Part shown: positions 51,383 to 60,743 of the stretch, piece by piece
How the letters are laid out: each line of letters begins with the position of its first letter
Numbering within the stretch: the first letter of the stretch is position 1
DNA from: Terriglobia bacterium
GTDB taxonomy: Bacteria; Acidobacteriota; Polarisedimenticolia; Polarisedimenticolales; JAIQFR01
Length of the DNA: 64,000 bases
NCBI GenBank assembly: GCA_963748015.1
Contig: CAVVHE010000004.1
Coordinates: 1,376,001 to 1,440,000, forward strand
Direction of reading: 5' to 3'
Made by a program: the position numbers and the translations under genes
Notes under the pieces: model-generated
The model's input: the letters and a program-made list of their open reading frames with translations, nothing else
Told to the model about the DNA's origin: nothing
The model's database searches: none

Positions 51383-52029
51383 CACACTCCCCTCTCCACA
51401 CCCGGCCACAGCGCCTTGTGGAGTTGAATCTGCACGCGAACGGGCAGGCGGTCCTCGAGAACCCAGCGCGCCAGCTCGCCGGGCTCGACCTCGCCCTGCA
51501 CGGGAGAGAACAAGACCGCGCATCGCGAGGCCAGCTCACGGGCCGCCAACTCGCGGGCGGCCCATTCGTAGTCGTCGCGCCCGGCGATGACGAACTTGAC
51601 CTCGTCCCCGGAACGCAGGACCTCGAGGTTCTCCCACCGGTTCGCCGCCGCCTCGCCGCTACCGGGGCATTTGACGTCCACGATCCGGATCACCCCCTCG
51701 GGGACGTTCGCGATCGGGAGGCTCCCGCCGGTCTCGAGGAGCACGCGATGTCCCCGCCGGAGGAGCTCCTCCATGAGCGGGACGGCGTCGGATTGCAGGA
51801 GCGGCTCCCCACCGGTGATCTCCACGAGGGGACAACCGAATCCTCCCACTTCCGCGACGACTTCGGCCACGCTCATCGCCCTTCCCCCCTCGAACGCGTA
51901 GGCGGTGTCGCACCAGCGGCAGCGGAGGTTGCAGCCCGTCAAGCGCACGAACACGCAGGGAAGCCCCGCGTGCGTGGACTCCCCCTGGATCGAGTGGAAG
52001 ATCTCGGTGACTCGAAGCACGGGAGTCAT
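51382..52029 (-). CDS. queE: 7-carboxy-7-deazaguanine synthase (radical SAM)
   Basis: [28 protein letters not shown]. Confidence 0.95.
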   Translation of the reverse strand: MTPVLRVTEIFHSIQGESTHAGLPCVFVRLTGCNLRCRWCDTAYAFEGGRAMSVAEVVAEVGGFGCPLVEITGGEPLLQSDAVPLMEELLRRGHRVLLETGGSLPIANVPEGVIRIVDVKCPGSGEAAANRWENLEVLRSGDEVKFVIAGRDDYEWAARELAARELASRCAVLFSPVQGEVEPGELARWVLEDRLPVRVQIQLHKALWPGVERGV

Positions 52030-52276
52030 TCTACATGGTCGCTCGGAGCCGTCTCCTTGCGCGCCGAGTGACGCTCACCGTCAGCTCCGGCCCCAAAATT
52101 GAGCGCTTCCGCCGCTGCACCCGCAGAGCCGCCCGTGCGCCTCGCCCGCATCCCCTTCCCGGTGAAAGACTTGACACTTCGGCTGCAGGAGCGGCTTCTC
52201 GGAACGAACATTGCATTCCTTTCGTGTGCACTGCTGTCGGGCGCGTGGGAGAGATGCGCCCGGTTTCGGGGGTGGC

Positions 52277-53608
52277 GTGGCGGACCTGTTCGGCATCTCG
52301 ACCTGGTCGGTGGCGGCCGTCGCGACCGCCGCCGGCGCCGCGATGGGTTTCCACTTCGGCGGGCGCGGGAAGGGCGCGCTCCGGCAGGAAGCCGCCGAGC
52401 TCGCGGCGGAGGTCGCGCGCCTCGAGGGACAATCGCGCGACCAGATTCGTCTCGTCTCGAAGCTGCGGTACGAGCAGCGGTCGCTGACGAATCTCTCCCG
52501 CGCGCTTCCCGGCCTCGTTCGTCAGCTGAACAACTCGGAGCTCGACATCAACGACATCCCGAGACACCTGTTCGACCTGGCCGAGAGCCTCTTCGAGCCG
52601 CAGCAGATGATGCTCTTCCTCGTGCGCGCTCCCGGCGACGAGAAGGAGCGGGTTCAGGAGCTCTACCTCCGGGACCAGCGGGGCCTCGCCGACGTTCCGG
52701 CCGCGGCCACCCGGATCCGGATCGGAGAAGGGAAGATCGGCTGGGTCGCCGAGAACAAGGTCGAGATGGCCGGCGAGGACTGGCTGAACCTCTCCCGCAC
52801 GGACGGGCGCAACCTCGCGGACAACCACTCCGCGTTCCGTCTGAGCCTGCTCGGCCCCCTGGTGCACCGCGGGGCCAGCCAGGACCACCTCATCGGCGTC
52901 CTCGCGATCGGCGAGCCCGCGGTCCGCCCCAAGGACGAGAAGCTGGTCCTCCAGATGATCACGAACCTCGGGGCGATCGCCTACCGCAACGTCCGGAACG
53001 TGAGAGCGCTCAAGGAGCAGGCGAATCACGACGGGCTCACCGGCCTTCTCAACCGGCGGCATTTCATGGTGGAGCTCGGGAAGCTCATCTTCGCCGCCGG
53101 GAAGAGGGCCCAGGCGCTCGGGGTGTTCATGTTCGACATCGACTACTTCAAGCGCTACAACGACTCGAACGGGCACCAGGCCGGAGACGAGATCCTTCGC
53201 GGCGTCGCGGAGGTCCTGCAGGCGAATCTGAGACCGCAGGACCTGGCCTGCCGCTACGGGGGCGAGGAGTTCATCGTCGCCATGCCCCTCGCCGACGTGG
53301 AGCAGGCCAGTCAAGTCGCGGAGAGGATCCGGGAAGCGATCGCGTCCTTCCCGTTCGCGAACCGCGAGACGCAGCCGGGAGGGGTCCTGAGCATCAGCGG
53401 CGGGGTCGCCGTGTTCCCCGTGGACGGACAGAACAGCACGGACCTGATCCGCAACGCGGATCAGGCGCTCTACAAGGCGAAGTCCGCGGGCAGAAACCGC
53501 GTCCTGCTCCACAAGGGGTACGAGATCGGGGACACCGGGAAAGGACTCTTGGAGAGTACGAAGAAACCGGCGGAGCTCGGCTCGGCTTTCGGTCGCGAGG
53601 CCCGATGA
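52277..53608 (+). CDS. TM + GAF + diguanylate cyclase (GGDEF)
   Basis: DGLTGLLNRR, DIDYFKRYND, I-site RPQD, RYGGEEF. Confidence 0.92.
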   Translation: MADLFGISTWSVAAVATAAGAAMGFHFGGRGKGALRQEAAELAAEVARLEGQSRDQIRLVSKLRYEQRSLTNLSRALPGLVRQLNNSELDINDIPRHLFDLAESLFEPQQMMLFLVRAPGDEKERVQELYLRDQRGLADVPAAATRIRIGEGKIGWVAENKVEMAGEDWLNLSRTDGRNLADNHSAFRLSLLGPLVHRGASQDHLIGVLAIGEPAVRPKDEKLVLQMITNLGAIAYRNVRNVRALKEQANHDGLTGLLNRRHFMVELGKLIFAAGKRAQALGVFMFDIDYFKRYNDSNGHQAGDEILRGVAEVLQANLRPQDLACRYGGEEFIVAMPLADVEQASQVAERIREAIASFPFANRETQPGGVLSISGGVAVFPVDGQNSTDLIRNADQALYKAKSAGRNRVLLHKGYEIGDTGKGLLESTKKPAELGSAFGREAR

Positions 53609-54903
53609 GGGGGCACGTGGGAAGCGGCCCTGCGCGTGCGGCCGTACGGGTGGAGACGAGCCTCCCGGTCCTCCCGGACCTGTTCGAGAGGATCGGTGAG
53701 TCCCTCGCCGCAAAGGGGCGGCTCGGCGTGCTCTCCGTCACCGTCCTCGAGCGCAAGGCGGTGGACTGCAGCCGAGGCTGGCATGCGTACGACCGCGTGT
53801 TCCGGACGGTCGGGAAGTTCCTGAGCCACTACCGCGCCCGGAGGATCCGCCGCGAGGACCGCGTGTTCGAGACGAGCCGGAGCGGCAACGCGTTCGTGCT
53901 CCTGCTCGCGCCGCCCCGCGCGGGACGCCCGCTCTCGGATGAGGACGTCGCCCGGGTCCGCGGGAGGCTGCGCCGCGGCCTCAAGCACCACCTCGCCAGG
54001 GCGCTCCCGAGGGACGTGATGGATCGCTTCGCCGCTTACGTGGGCGCGGCCGTGATGACGGCCGACCGGGACGTCCCGCTCGAGCGGATCGTCTATCGCA
54101 GTCTCGACGAGGCGTTCGCCGACGCCCTGGCCGAGAAGGCGAGCGAGGATCGCGGGTTCGCGGACGAGCTCTCCCGCATCCTGCAGAACGGCCTGGTCCG
54201 GTCGGTGTACCAGCCCGTGGTGGACGTCACGTCGCGGCGCACGATCGGTTTCGAGGCGCTGAGCCGCGTGCCGCGGGCCTGCTTCGACAGCGTGGACCTC
54301 CTGTTCAAGGCGGCGCACGAGCACGACGCCCTGTTCAACCTCGAGCGACTGTGCCGGCGCCGGGCGATCGAGGGCGCCCCGGCCCTTGGGCCCGACGGGA
54401 TGCTGTTCTTGAACGTCGAGCCCGACGCGCTCCACGACCCGGAGTTCACCGACGGCACCTTCCTGCGGCGCCTCGAAACCGCCGGCCTCTCCCCGTCCCA
54501 GGTCGTGCTCGAGATGACCGAGCACTCGAGGGTCCGGGACTTCACGGCGTTTCGCCGCACGCTGGTGGGTCTCCGCGCGAGCGGCTTCCGGCTCGCGATG
54601 GACGACGTCGGCTCCGGCTACGCAGGCCTGCAGTCCATCGCCGAGATCGCCCCGGAGTTCATCAAGGTGGACATGACGCTCGTCCGGGATCTCGATTCGA
54701 GCCCGATCAAGCGCGAGCTGATCGCGACGATCCGCCGCTTCGCCGACGCCACGGGCATCGGCGTCGTCGCCGAGGGCGTCGAGCGGGTCGGCGAGCTGGT
54801 CTCCCTGATGGAGGCCGGGGTCCGGTTCGCGCAGGGCTACCTGTTCGCGAAGCCGGACGCCCCTCCCGCCCTCCCCGACTGGAACGCGCTCGGTCTCGGC
54901 TGA
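53605..54903 (+). CDS. EAL c-di-GMP phosphodiesterase with degenerate GGDEF-like N-terminus
   Basis: YQP, FEALSR, FLN, EMTE, DDVGSG, IKVD, AEGVE, QGY; ATGA overlap with the cyclase gene. Confidence 0.9.
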   Translation: MRGHVGSGPARAAVRVETSLPVLPDLFERIGESLAAKGRLGVLSVTVLERKAVDCSRGWHAYDRVFRTVGKFLSHYRARRIRREDRVFETSRSGNAFVLLLAPPRAGRPLSDEDVARVRGRLRRGLKHHLARALPRDVMDRFAAYVGAAVMTADRDVPLERIVYRSLDEAFADALAEKASEDRGFADELSRILQNGLVRSVYQPVVDVTSRRTIGFEALSRVPRACFDSVDLLFKAAHEHDALFNLERLCRRRAIEGAPALGPDGMLFLNVEPDALHDPEFTDGTFLRRLETAGLSPSQVVLEMTEHSRVRDFTAFRRTLVGLRASGFRLAMDDVGSGYAGLQSIAEIAPEFIKVDMTLVRDLDSSPIKRELIATIRRFADATGIGVVAEGVERVGELVSLMEAGVRFAQGYLFAKPDAPPALPDWNALGLG

Positions 54904-54952
54904 CCGGCCGCCCCACGGACGCCTCGTGTTACGATGAGCGCGAGGACGAGCC

Positions 54953-55291
54953 GTGGAGCACGAAACGACACACGTCGAGCGGGGCACGCGCCTTCGCGCC
55001 ACGCTTTCGGGGGACGGGCGTCCCGGGCCGATCGAGGAGCGGATCGGACGGAGGCTCGTGCGCCTCGTGGATCCGGCGTCCGAGGAAGGGCTCGGGCTGC
55101 TCCGGTCCGGTTCCGTCGAGATGATCGGCCCGGAGGGCGATCCGCTCGGCTGTCTCCGGCCCGAGGAAGCCGCCCGCATCTTGCGCGAGCGGCTCGAGCG
55201 GCGCCTCGCCGATCCGGATGCCGACGCGCACGCGGTGCGTGACGGCCTTGCCCGCCTTGCCGGCTGGTCGGAGAGGCTCGGCCGCTCCTGA
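54953..55291 (+). CDS. Hypothetical protein
   Basis: Protein-like ORF with GAGGA RBS filling the gap; no motif recognised. Confidence 0.45.
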   Translation: MEHETTHVERGTRLRATLSGDGRPGPIEERIGRRLVRLVDPASEEGLGLLRSGSVEMIGPEGDPLGCLRPEEAARILRERLERRLADPDADAHAVRDGLARLAGWSERLGRS

Positions 55292-55298
55292 TCGCGGT

Positions 55299-55778
55299 TC
55301 AGTCGAGGCCGGTCTTCAGCCCCTTCTTGATCGCCTCCACGATGAAGTTCTGCATGGAGGGCTGCTGGTTCCGCACGGCGGCATAGACGAGGCACGGCAG
55401 CTTCAGGGAGATCTGGATGCCGTTCTCGTCGAGCGAGTCGAGCCAGCGAGTGAACTCGTCCCACGACTTGAACGACTTCGCCTCGATCGCTCCCCTGCGA
55501 TAGAGCTCGATCAGCGTGATCTCGTCCTTGAGCCGGAACAGGACGTCCGCCTCGCTGAACTCGGCGAAGTCGCTGTACGCGAAAAACTTCACCTCCCCGG
55601 CGGTCTGGTCCTTCCCCTTGATCGAGATCTCGGGGTCCTTGTTGCACCGGATCATGATGTAGTCCTCCTTGCCCTTGAAGTAGAAGGCAAGGATCGGATC
55701 GGTGCGCGGGCTGTTGTCCGACGGGGTCTTGAGGGCCCGGTAGACCCTTCTCGCGATGTCCGCGTTGGTTCTATACAT
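55299..55778 (-). CDS. Hypothetical protein, possible C-terminal ribbon-helix-helix
   Basis: Clear coding composition; C-terminus IQISLKLP...SMQNFIVEAIKKGL. Confidence 0.7.
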   Translation of the reverse strand: MYRTNADIARRVYRALKTPSDNSPRTDPILAFYFKGKEDYIMIRCNKDPEISIKGKDQTAGEVKFFAYSDFAEFSEADVLFRLKDEITLIELYRRGAIEAKSFKSWDEFTRWLDSLDENGIQISLKLPCLVYAAVRNQQPSMQNFIVEAIKKGLKTGLD

Positions 55779-56098
55779 TCGTCGACTCCACTCGTGGCGC
55801 TTCCCGCAAATCGAATAGGTTGAGTATACGGTGGAGCATAGAACGGCTCAAGGGGAATCTCCACCTGGGCCTCCTCCCGTGGTCCAGCCGCGGGCTCCGG
55901 TGCCCCCCGAACCCGCTCTCCGGCGTTGCGGTGTAGCTATTATAATAAATAAAATTGCGCTTACCTTTGCCTCGACTGGCCTCGAAACCTATGTTTCCGC
56001 AGGTAGGGCACAACCCAAGGAGTCGAGACCGGCCGGCCGACCTCCGTCGGCGCTATGGGGCGCCGCAAGATCTCGCGGCGCTCCGGGGGACATCAGCG

Positions 56099-58591
56099 GT
56101 GACGGATCCCCGCGGGTTTCCGGGGAGAACCAAGCCGTATCTCCTCGCGGTGAGCGGGACGGGCGCCGCCGCCGCCATCGCCGCGGTCCTCTTGCGGCCG
56201 CCGCCGCTCGACTCGCACCCCCTGCTGTTCATCGTGCTCGCCGTGGCCGCCGGCTGGATCCGCGTGCCCCTCCCGGTCGGCGGGAGCCTCTCCCCGGCCT
56301 TCGCCTTCGTGTCCGCGACCCTCATGTCGTTCGGACTCGGCGCGTCGGTCGCCGCGAGCGTACTCTCGGCGGTCGCCACGTCGCTCCTGCGCGCCAGGAG
56401 CCAGGCGCGGCCGCCGGCTCACCGGATCGCGTTCAACGCGGGGGTCGTGGGCATCTCCTCCACGGCGTCGGGGTTCCTCTACCTCGCGCTGGGCGGGCCC
56501 GTCGGAGCGGTGGATCCGCTCCGCGACCTCGTGCCGATTCTCGCCTCCTCGGCGGCCTTCTCCGGCCTGAACCTCGGCCTGATCTCGCTCGCGATCCACC
56601 TCACGGGCGAGGAGCGGGCGGGCGAAGCGCTCCGCGCGAACTTCGCATGGTCGATCCCGTCGTTTCTCGCGGGATCGTCCCTCGCCGTGCTGCTGACCCT
56701 CCTGATCCAACGCGGGCACCTCGGATCGCTCCTCCTCGCCGCGCCGTTCGTGTACCTCATGCACCTCGCGTATCGTGCGCGCTCGCGGCAGGCGGAGGAG
56801 GAGAAGCGACACTCGCAGCAGACCGCCGAGCACTATCGCGCGGTCACGGAAGCGCTGGCCCTCGCGATCGAGGCGAAGGACGAGAACACCGAGGACCACC
56901 TCCGCAGAGTGCAGCAATTCAGTCTCGCGATCGGACGTCGCCTCGGGCTGCCCTCTCCGCAGATGGAAGCCCTGAAGGCGGCTTCCCTGCTCCACGACGT
57001 CGGCAAGATCGCGGTGCCGGAGTACATCCTCACGAAGCCGGGCCGGCTCACTCCCGAGGAATTCGAGAAGATGAAGACGCACCCTCGGGTGGGAGCCGAC
57101 ATCCTCTCGGTGGTACCGTTCCCCTATCCGCTCGCCCCCATCGTCCGCCACCACCACGAGCGGTGGGACGGCGGCGGCTACCCCGACGGCCTCGCGGGCG
57201 AGGCGATACCGATCGGCGCGAGGATCCTCTCTGTCGCGGACTGCTTCGACGCCCTCACGACGGACCGGCCTTACCGGAGGGCGCTGCCGGCCACCGAGGC
57301 GATCGCCTTCCTCGAACGCGAGTCCGGCAAGATGTTCGATCCCGCGGCCGTCGCCGCCTTCGTGTCCGACGCCGCGTCCCTCGAGGCGGCGATCCAACCC
57401 AGCTCGCGTCCCGACGTCGCGCCGGGGGCGCCCGCGGGTACGCCTCTCGACGAGAGCGCCCGCGCCGAAGCGTCTCCCTCCGTTCCGCTCCCCTCGAGCC
57501 GTGTCCGGGTCTACGAGGAGATCACCTCGTCCCAGCGCGAGCAGCGCGCGCTCTACGACATCGCGCGGGCGATCGGCCATCACATCGGCTTCGAGGAAAG
57601 CCTCACGCTGCTGTCCGCGAAGATCGCGAACCTGATCCCGTATCGCGCCCTGGTCGTCTACCTCTACAGCGAGGACCGCCTGCGGCTCCAGGCACGGTTC
57701 GCGACCGGCCAGGCGGCGTCGCGGCTCAAGGGGCTCGAGATCCCGGTGGGCGAGAAGCTATCGGGGTGGGCGGCAAGCCACCGGCGCGCGTACATCGGGA
57801 AGAGCCACGTCCGCCCCCTGGAGCGGGACGGCTCCCGATCGGATCTCGAGGATCTCGCCGGCGACCCCGAGGCCTCCGAGCTGCGCTCGTCGCTCGTCGC
57901 GCCGCTGTCCACCGGCTTCGAGGAATTGGGCGTGCTGGCGCTCTATCACGGTTCCGGCGTCGAGTACGATTCGGACCATCTCCGGCTCGCGCAGGCGGTC
58001 GGGGGATACGTCGCCCAGGCGATCGAGAACGCGCGGCGGTTCTCGGAGACGCGTCCCGAAAGCCTCACGGACCCGCTCACCGGAATCCCGAATTCGAGGT
58101 TCTTCTTCCTGGAGGCCGGCTACCGTATCGACCGCGCCGCCGAGGAGGCGGAGGGGATCGGCGTCATGGCGTTTCGGGTCACGGGGCTCGACGGCGCCCA
58201 GCGGGCTCTCGGTCCGACCGCCGCCGCGCGGCTCCTGGGGCAGGCGGCGAGACGCCTCGCCGCGCTCGCCGGCGGCGGCGAGACGCTCGTCCGCTTCGGG
58301 GGCGATCTCTTCCTCGTCCTCACCCAGGAGGACCGGCCGGAGATCCTCGCCGAGCGATCCCTCGAAATCCTCGAGCTCGTTCAGGCCGAGCCCGTGGACG
58401 CCCGCCTCGGGATCGCGTGCGACGTGCACCTCCGGGCCACCTACGCCTCGTTCCCCGCCGACGGCGCGACGACCGAGGAGATCCTCGACGCGATCGAGAG
58501 CCGCCTGCGATCGGCGAGCGGGCCGGGCGAGCCCTTCCCGCCCGGCGGTCCCGCCGATGCGCGGGAGGCCTCCGAGCAGGACTTCGCCTGA
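56099..58591 (+). CDS. Multi-TM sensor + HD-GYP + GAF + degenerate GGDEF protein
   Basis: About 6-7 TMs; EAKDENTEDH, LLHDVGKI, HHERWDGGGYPDG, ADCFDA; GAF; DPLTG and RFGGDLF. Confidence 0.9.
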   Translation: MTDPRGFPGRTKPYLLAVSGTGAAAAIAAVLLRPPPLDSHPLLFIVLAVAAGWIRVPLPVGGSLSPAFAFVSATLMSFGLGASVAASVLSAVATSLLRARSQARPPAHRIAFNAGVVGISSTASGFLYLALGGPVGAVDPLRDLVPILASSAAFSGLNLGLISLAIHLTGEERAGEALRANFAWSIPSFLAGSSLAVLLTLLIQRGHLGSLLLAAPFVYLMHLAYRARSRQAEEEKRHSQQTAEHYRAVTEALALAIEAKDENTEDHLRRVQQFSLAIGRRLGLPSPQMEALKAASLLHDVGKIAVPEYILTKPGRLTPEEFEKMKTHPRVGADILSVVPFPYPLAPIVRHHHERWDGGGYPDGLAGEAIPIGARILSVADCFDALTTDRPYRRALPATEAIAFLERESGKMFDPAAVAAFVSDAASLEAAIQPSSRPDVAPGAPAGTPLDESARAEASPSVPLPSSRVRVYEEITSSQREQRALYDIARAIGHHIGFEESLTLLSAKIANLIPYRALVVYLYSEDRLRLQARFATGQAASRLKGLEIPVGEKLSGWAASHRRAYIGKSHVRPLERDGSRSDLEDLAGDPEASELRSSLVAPLSTGFEELGVLALYHGSGVEYDSDHLRLAQAVGGYVAQAIENARRFSETRPESLTDPLTGIPNSRFFFLEAGYRIDRAAEEAEGIGVMAFRVTGLDGAQRALGPTAAARLLGQAARRLAALAGGGETLVRFGGDLFLVLTQEDRPEILAERSLEILELVQAEPVDARLGIACDVHLRATYASFPADGATTEEILDAIESRLRSASGPGEPFPPGGPADAREASEQDFA

Positions 58592-58713
58592 TCTCCTCAT
58601 CCAGCCGCCCCTAGTCACCATGGAACGACCGGCTCCGATTCGCAGTTGACGTAGGTTACGCTGCGAATCGGTGAAGAACCGTAGCGCAGAGCTACATGCG
58701 AAAGGAGCCGGTC

Positions 58714-59856
58714 ATGGGGAAGGATAGCCGATTCGTGGGCCTGGACGTACATGCGGACTCGATCGCGGTGGCGGTTGCGGAGCCTGGCGGCGAGGTTCGG
58801 TCGTTGGGGATCATTGGCAACAAGCCGGAGTCGGTGAGAAAGCTGATGAAGAGGTTGGGTTCGGCTAGGGGTCTCAAGGTCTGCTACGAGGCGGGGCCGA
58901 CGGGATACGTCCTGTACTGGCAGTTGACCGAGATGGGGATTCACTGCGACGTGGTGGCGCCGACGTTGATACCGGTGAAGCCCGGTGACCGGGTCAAGAC
59001 GGATCGTCGCGACGCAACGAAGCTGGCGAAGAGCTACCGGGCCGGAGAGCTGACGCCGGTTTGGGTGCCGGATGCGGCGCACGAAGCTCTGCGGGATCTG
59101 GTGCGCGCTCGGGAGGCCGCGAAGGGGGATCAGCTTCGGGCGCGGCACCGACTTCAGAAGTTCTTGCTTCGGCATGGGCGCCGAGCTCCCGCGAAGGTGA
59201 AGCCGTGGACGGAGACCCATCTCGCGTGGGTGAGGCAGGCCGTTGGGTTCGAGGCCCCGGCTCAGCAGGCGGTGCTGACGGACTACTTGGCGGAAGTGGA
59301 CCACGCACGGGAGCGAGTCAAGCGGCTCGAGGGGTCGATCGACGAAGCGATCGAAGCCGCGCCTGAGGGAATACGGGCCGTGATCGATGCCCTCCAAGCC
59401 CTTCGTGGCATCGCCAAGGTGAGCAGCGTCACGATCGTCGCCGAGGTCGGCCAGCTTTCCCGCTTCTCTCGCCCGCGGCAGCTGATGGGGTACAGCGGAG
59501 CGGTGTCCAGTGAAGACTCCTCCGGAGGGCGGACCCGGCGAGGTGCGATCACCAAGACGGGCAATGCCCATCTGCGCCGGATCGTCGTGGAAGCGGCCTG
59601 GGCCTACCGGCACCGCCCTGCCGTCGGTGGGGCGCTCCGCGTGCGTCAAGAGGGGTTGAGCGAGGACGTGAAAGAGATCGCCTGGAAAGCCCAGCATCGC
59701 CTTCACCAACGCTACCGACGGTTGGCCGCCAAGGGGAAGGTCAAGCAGCAGGTGGTCACCGCGGTGGCCCGGGAGCTGTTGGGGTTCATTTGGGCCATCG
59801 GCGTGCACGTCGAGAGACAGATGCCGGCGGTGGGCCGCAAGCGCCAAGCTGCATGA
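58714..59856 (+). CDS. IS110-family DEDD transposase/recombinase
   Basis: FVGLDVH, CYEAGPTG, KTDRRDA, SEDSSGG, ITKTGN, AVAREL. Confidence 0.95.
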   Translation: MGKDSRFVGLDVHADSIAVAVAEPGGEVRSLGIIGNKPESVRKLMKRLGSARGLKVCYEAGPTGYVLYWQLTEMGIHCDVVAPTLIPVKPGDRVKTDRRDATKLAKSYRAGELTPVWVPDAAHEALRDLVRAREAAKGDQLRARHRLQKFLLRHGRRAPAKVKPWTETHLAWVRQAVGFEAPAQQAVLTDYLAEVDHARERVKRLEGSIDEAIEAAPEGIRAVIDALQALRGIAKVSSVTIVAEVGQLSRFSRPRQLMGYSGAVSSEDSSGGRTRRGAITKTGNAHLRRIVVEAAWAYRHRPAVGGALRVRQEGLSEDVKEIAWKAQHRLHQRYRRLAAKGKVKQQVVTAVARELLGFIWAIGVHVERQMPAVGRKRQAA

Positions 59857-59889
59857 AAACGATCAGGTAGGGAAGGGATGAATCCGGGA

Positions 59890-60095
59890 CGGAGCCGGCG
59901 GCGGTCGAGGGGCACACGGGAAGGAGGATCCTCGTGGCTCCTATGCGACAGGCCCTCGCTGGCCGGATCCGCGATGCTAGTCCGAGGCAGCTCCCGACGG
60001 ATCACGATTATGACGGCGCGCCCTTGGGGGCCGATCCGCGAATATCAGAGTGATCAACCGTCGAGTCAGCCGCCTCGACCGCCGCCTGTTCCGCC
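59890..60095 (+). ncRNA. Predicted bridge/seek RNA of the IS110 element
   Basis: Outer stem ~59897-59913 / ~60069-60087 enclosing two stem-closed loops with GGCTCCTA (target match) and ATATCAG (donor match). Boundaries approximate. Confidence 0.65.
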
Positions 60096-60162
60096 CCGGC
60101 GAGGAACCGAACGGAGGTGTCTCGGGTCGGAAGCTCGAGGTTGACAGGTCGTTCCATATCAG

Positions 60163-60434
60163 GAGCCTGTCCGAGTAATCCCGTGGGCCGCGCGCATGGG
60201 GCTTGCGAGTCGGAGACGAGGAGCGAGGAGGAAGACGATGTGTCTCCATCGACGACGACGAGCGACGATGGATCCGACCGCAACCCCCATGCGCCCTTCG
60301 GGTTCGGGGCGGCGTGGGGGCGTCTGCGTCGTCGCCGCTCCTTGTCGATGGGGGAACATCGACCGCGTCGCGGCTCCTCGCATCCGCCCCCACGGCGCCC
60401 CGAACGCGGCCTACGGGATTACTCGGACCGGCTC
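60163..60434. mobile_element. 272-bp MITE-like element with 30-bp terminal inverted repeats and CTAG flanks
   Basis: GAGCCTGTCCGAGTAATCCCGTGGGCCGCG (60163-60192) matches the reverse complement of 60405-60434 at 28/30; CTAG at 60435-60438 and, once the IS is removed, at 58611-58614. Confidence 0.8.
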
Positions 60435-60542
60435 CTAGGCTTGCCGCCCGCCCCAGACCGTCTCAACTTGAGAGCTCCCGAGATGGCCTTGCGACTCCAG
60501 GCTCAAGCGGTTGCAGGACAATGACTTGGATGGAGTCTCGCT

Positions 60543-60573
60543 CGCGCGCCGTCTCAGCTTGAGACGGCGCGCG
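60543..60573. terminator. Perfect 14-bp hairpin
   Basis: CGCGCGCCGTCTCA-GCT-TGAGACGGCGCGCG; no U-tract. Confidence 0.45.
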
Positions 60574-60743
60574 CCCCAGCCGGCCCTGCCCAGGACCTCC
60601 CGCCGGTCTCGCTAAGTCCAACACGGAGTTGATGTTGGAGCCGCGCCACGCCGCGCGCGCTCCCCGGGCCTCCGTGTTGCTCCTACTGGTGTTCCCCAGA
60701 GCGCCGAGAACGGATCGAGAGCGGAACGGGGGGAGGAAGAAAG

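Larger units (their letters stand above)
58615..60162 (+). mobile_element. IS110-family element, IS1111-type
   Basis: 11-bp sub-terminal inverted repeats ATGGAACGACC (58620-58630) / GGTCGTTCCAT (60147-60157); AG core at both junctions; long 3' non-coding region; TTGACA at 60141-60146. Confidence 0.9.

Noticed and set aside
50693..52029. Deazaguanine DNA-modification (dpd) defence system
   Set aside because: No dpdA/tgt-like or other dpd genes nearby; fits ordinary queuosine synthesis.
52030..52110. preQ1 riboswitch upstream of queE
   Set aside because: No recognisable preQ1 stem or A-rich tail.
55995..56098. c-di-GMP riboswitch upstream of the HD-GYP gene
   Set aside because: Has hairpins and GGGCACAACC, but lacks the GAAA loop and GACGCAAA core of class I; not supportable without an Rfam scan.
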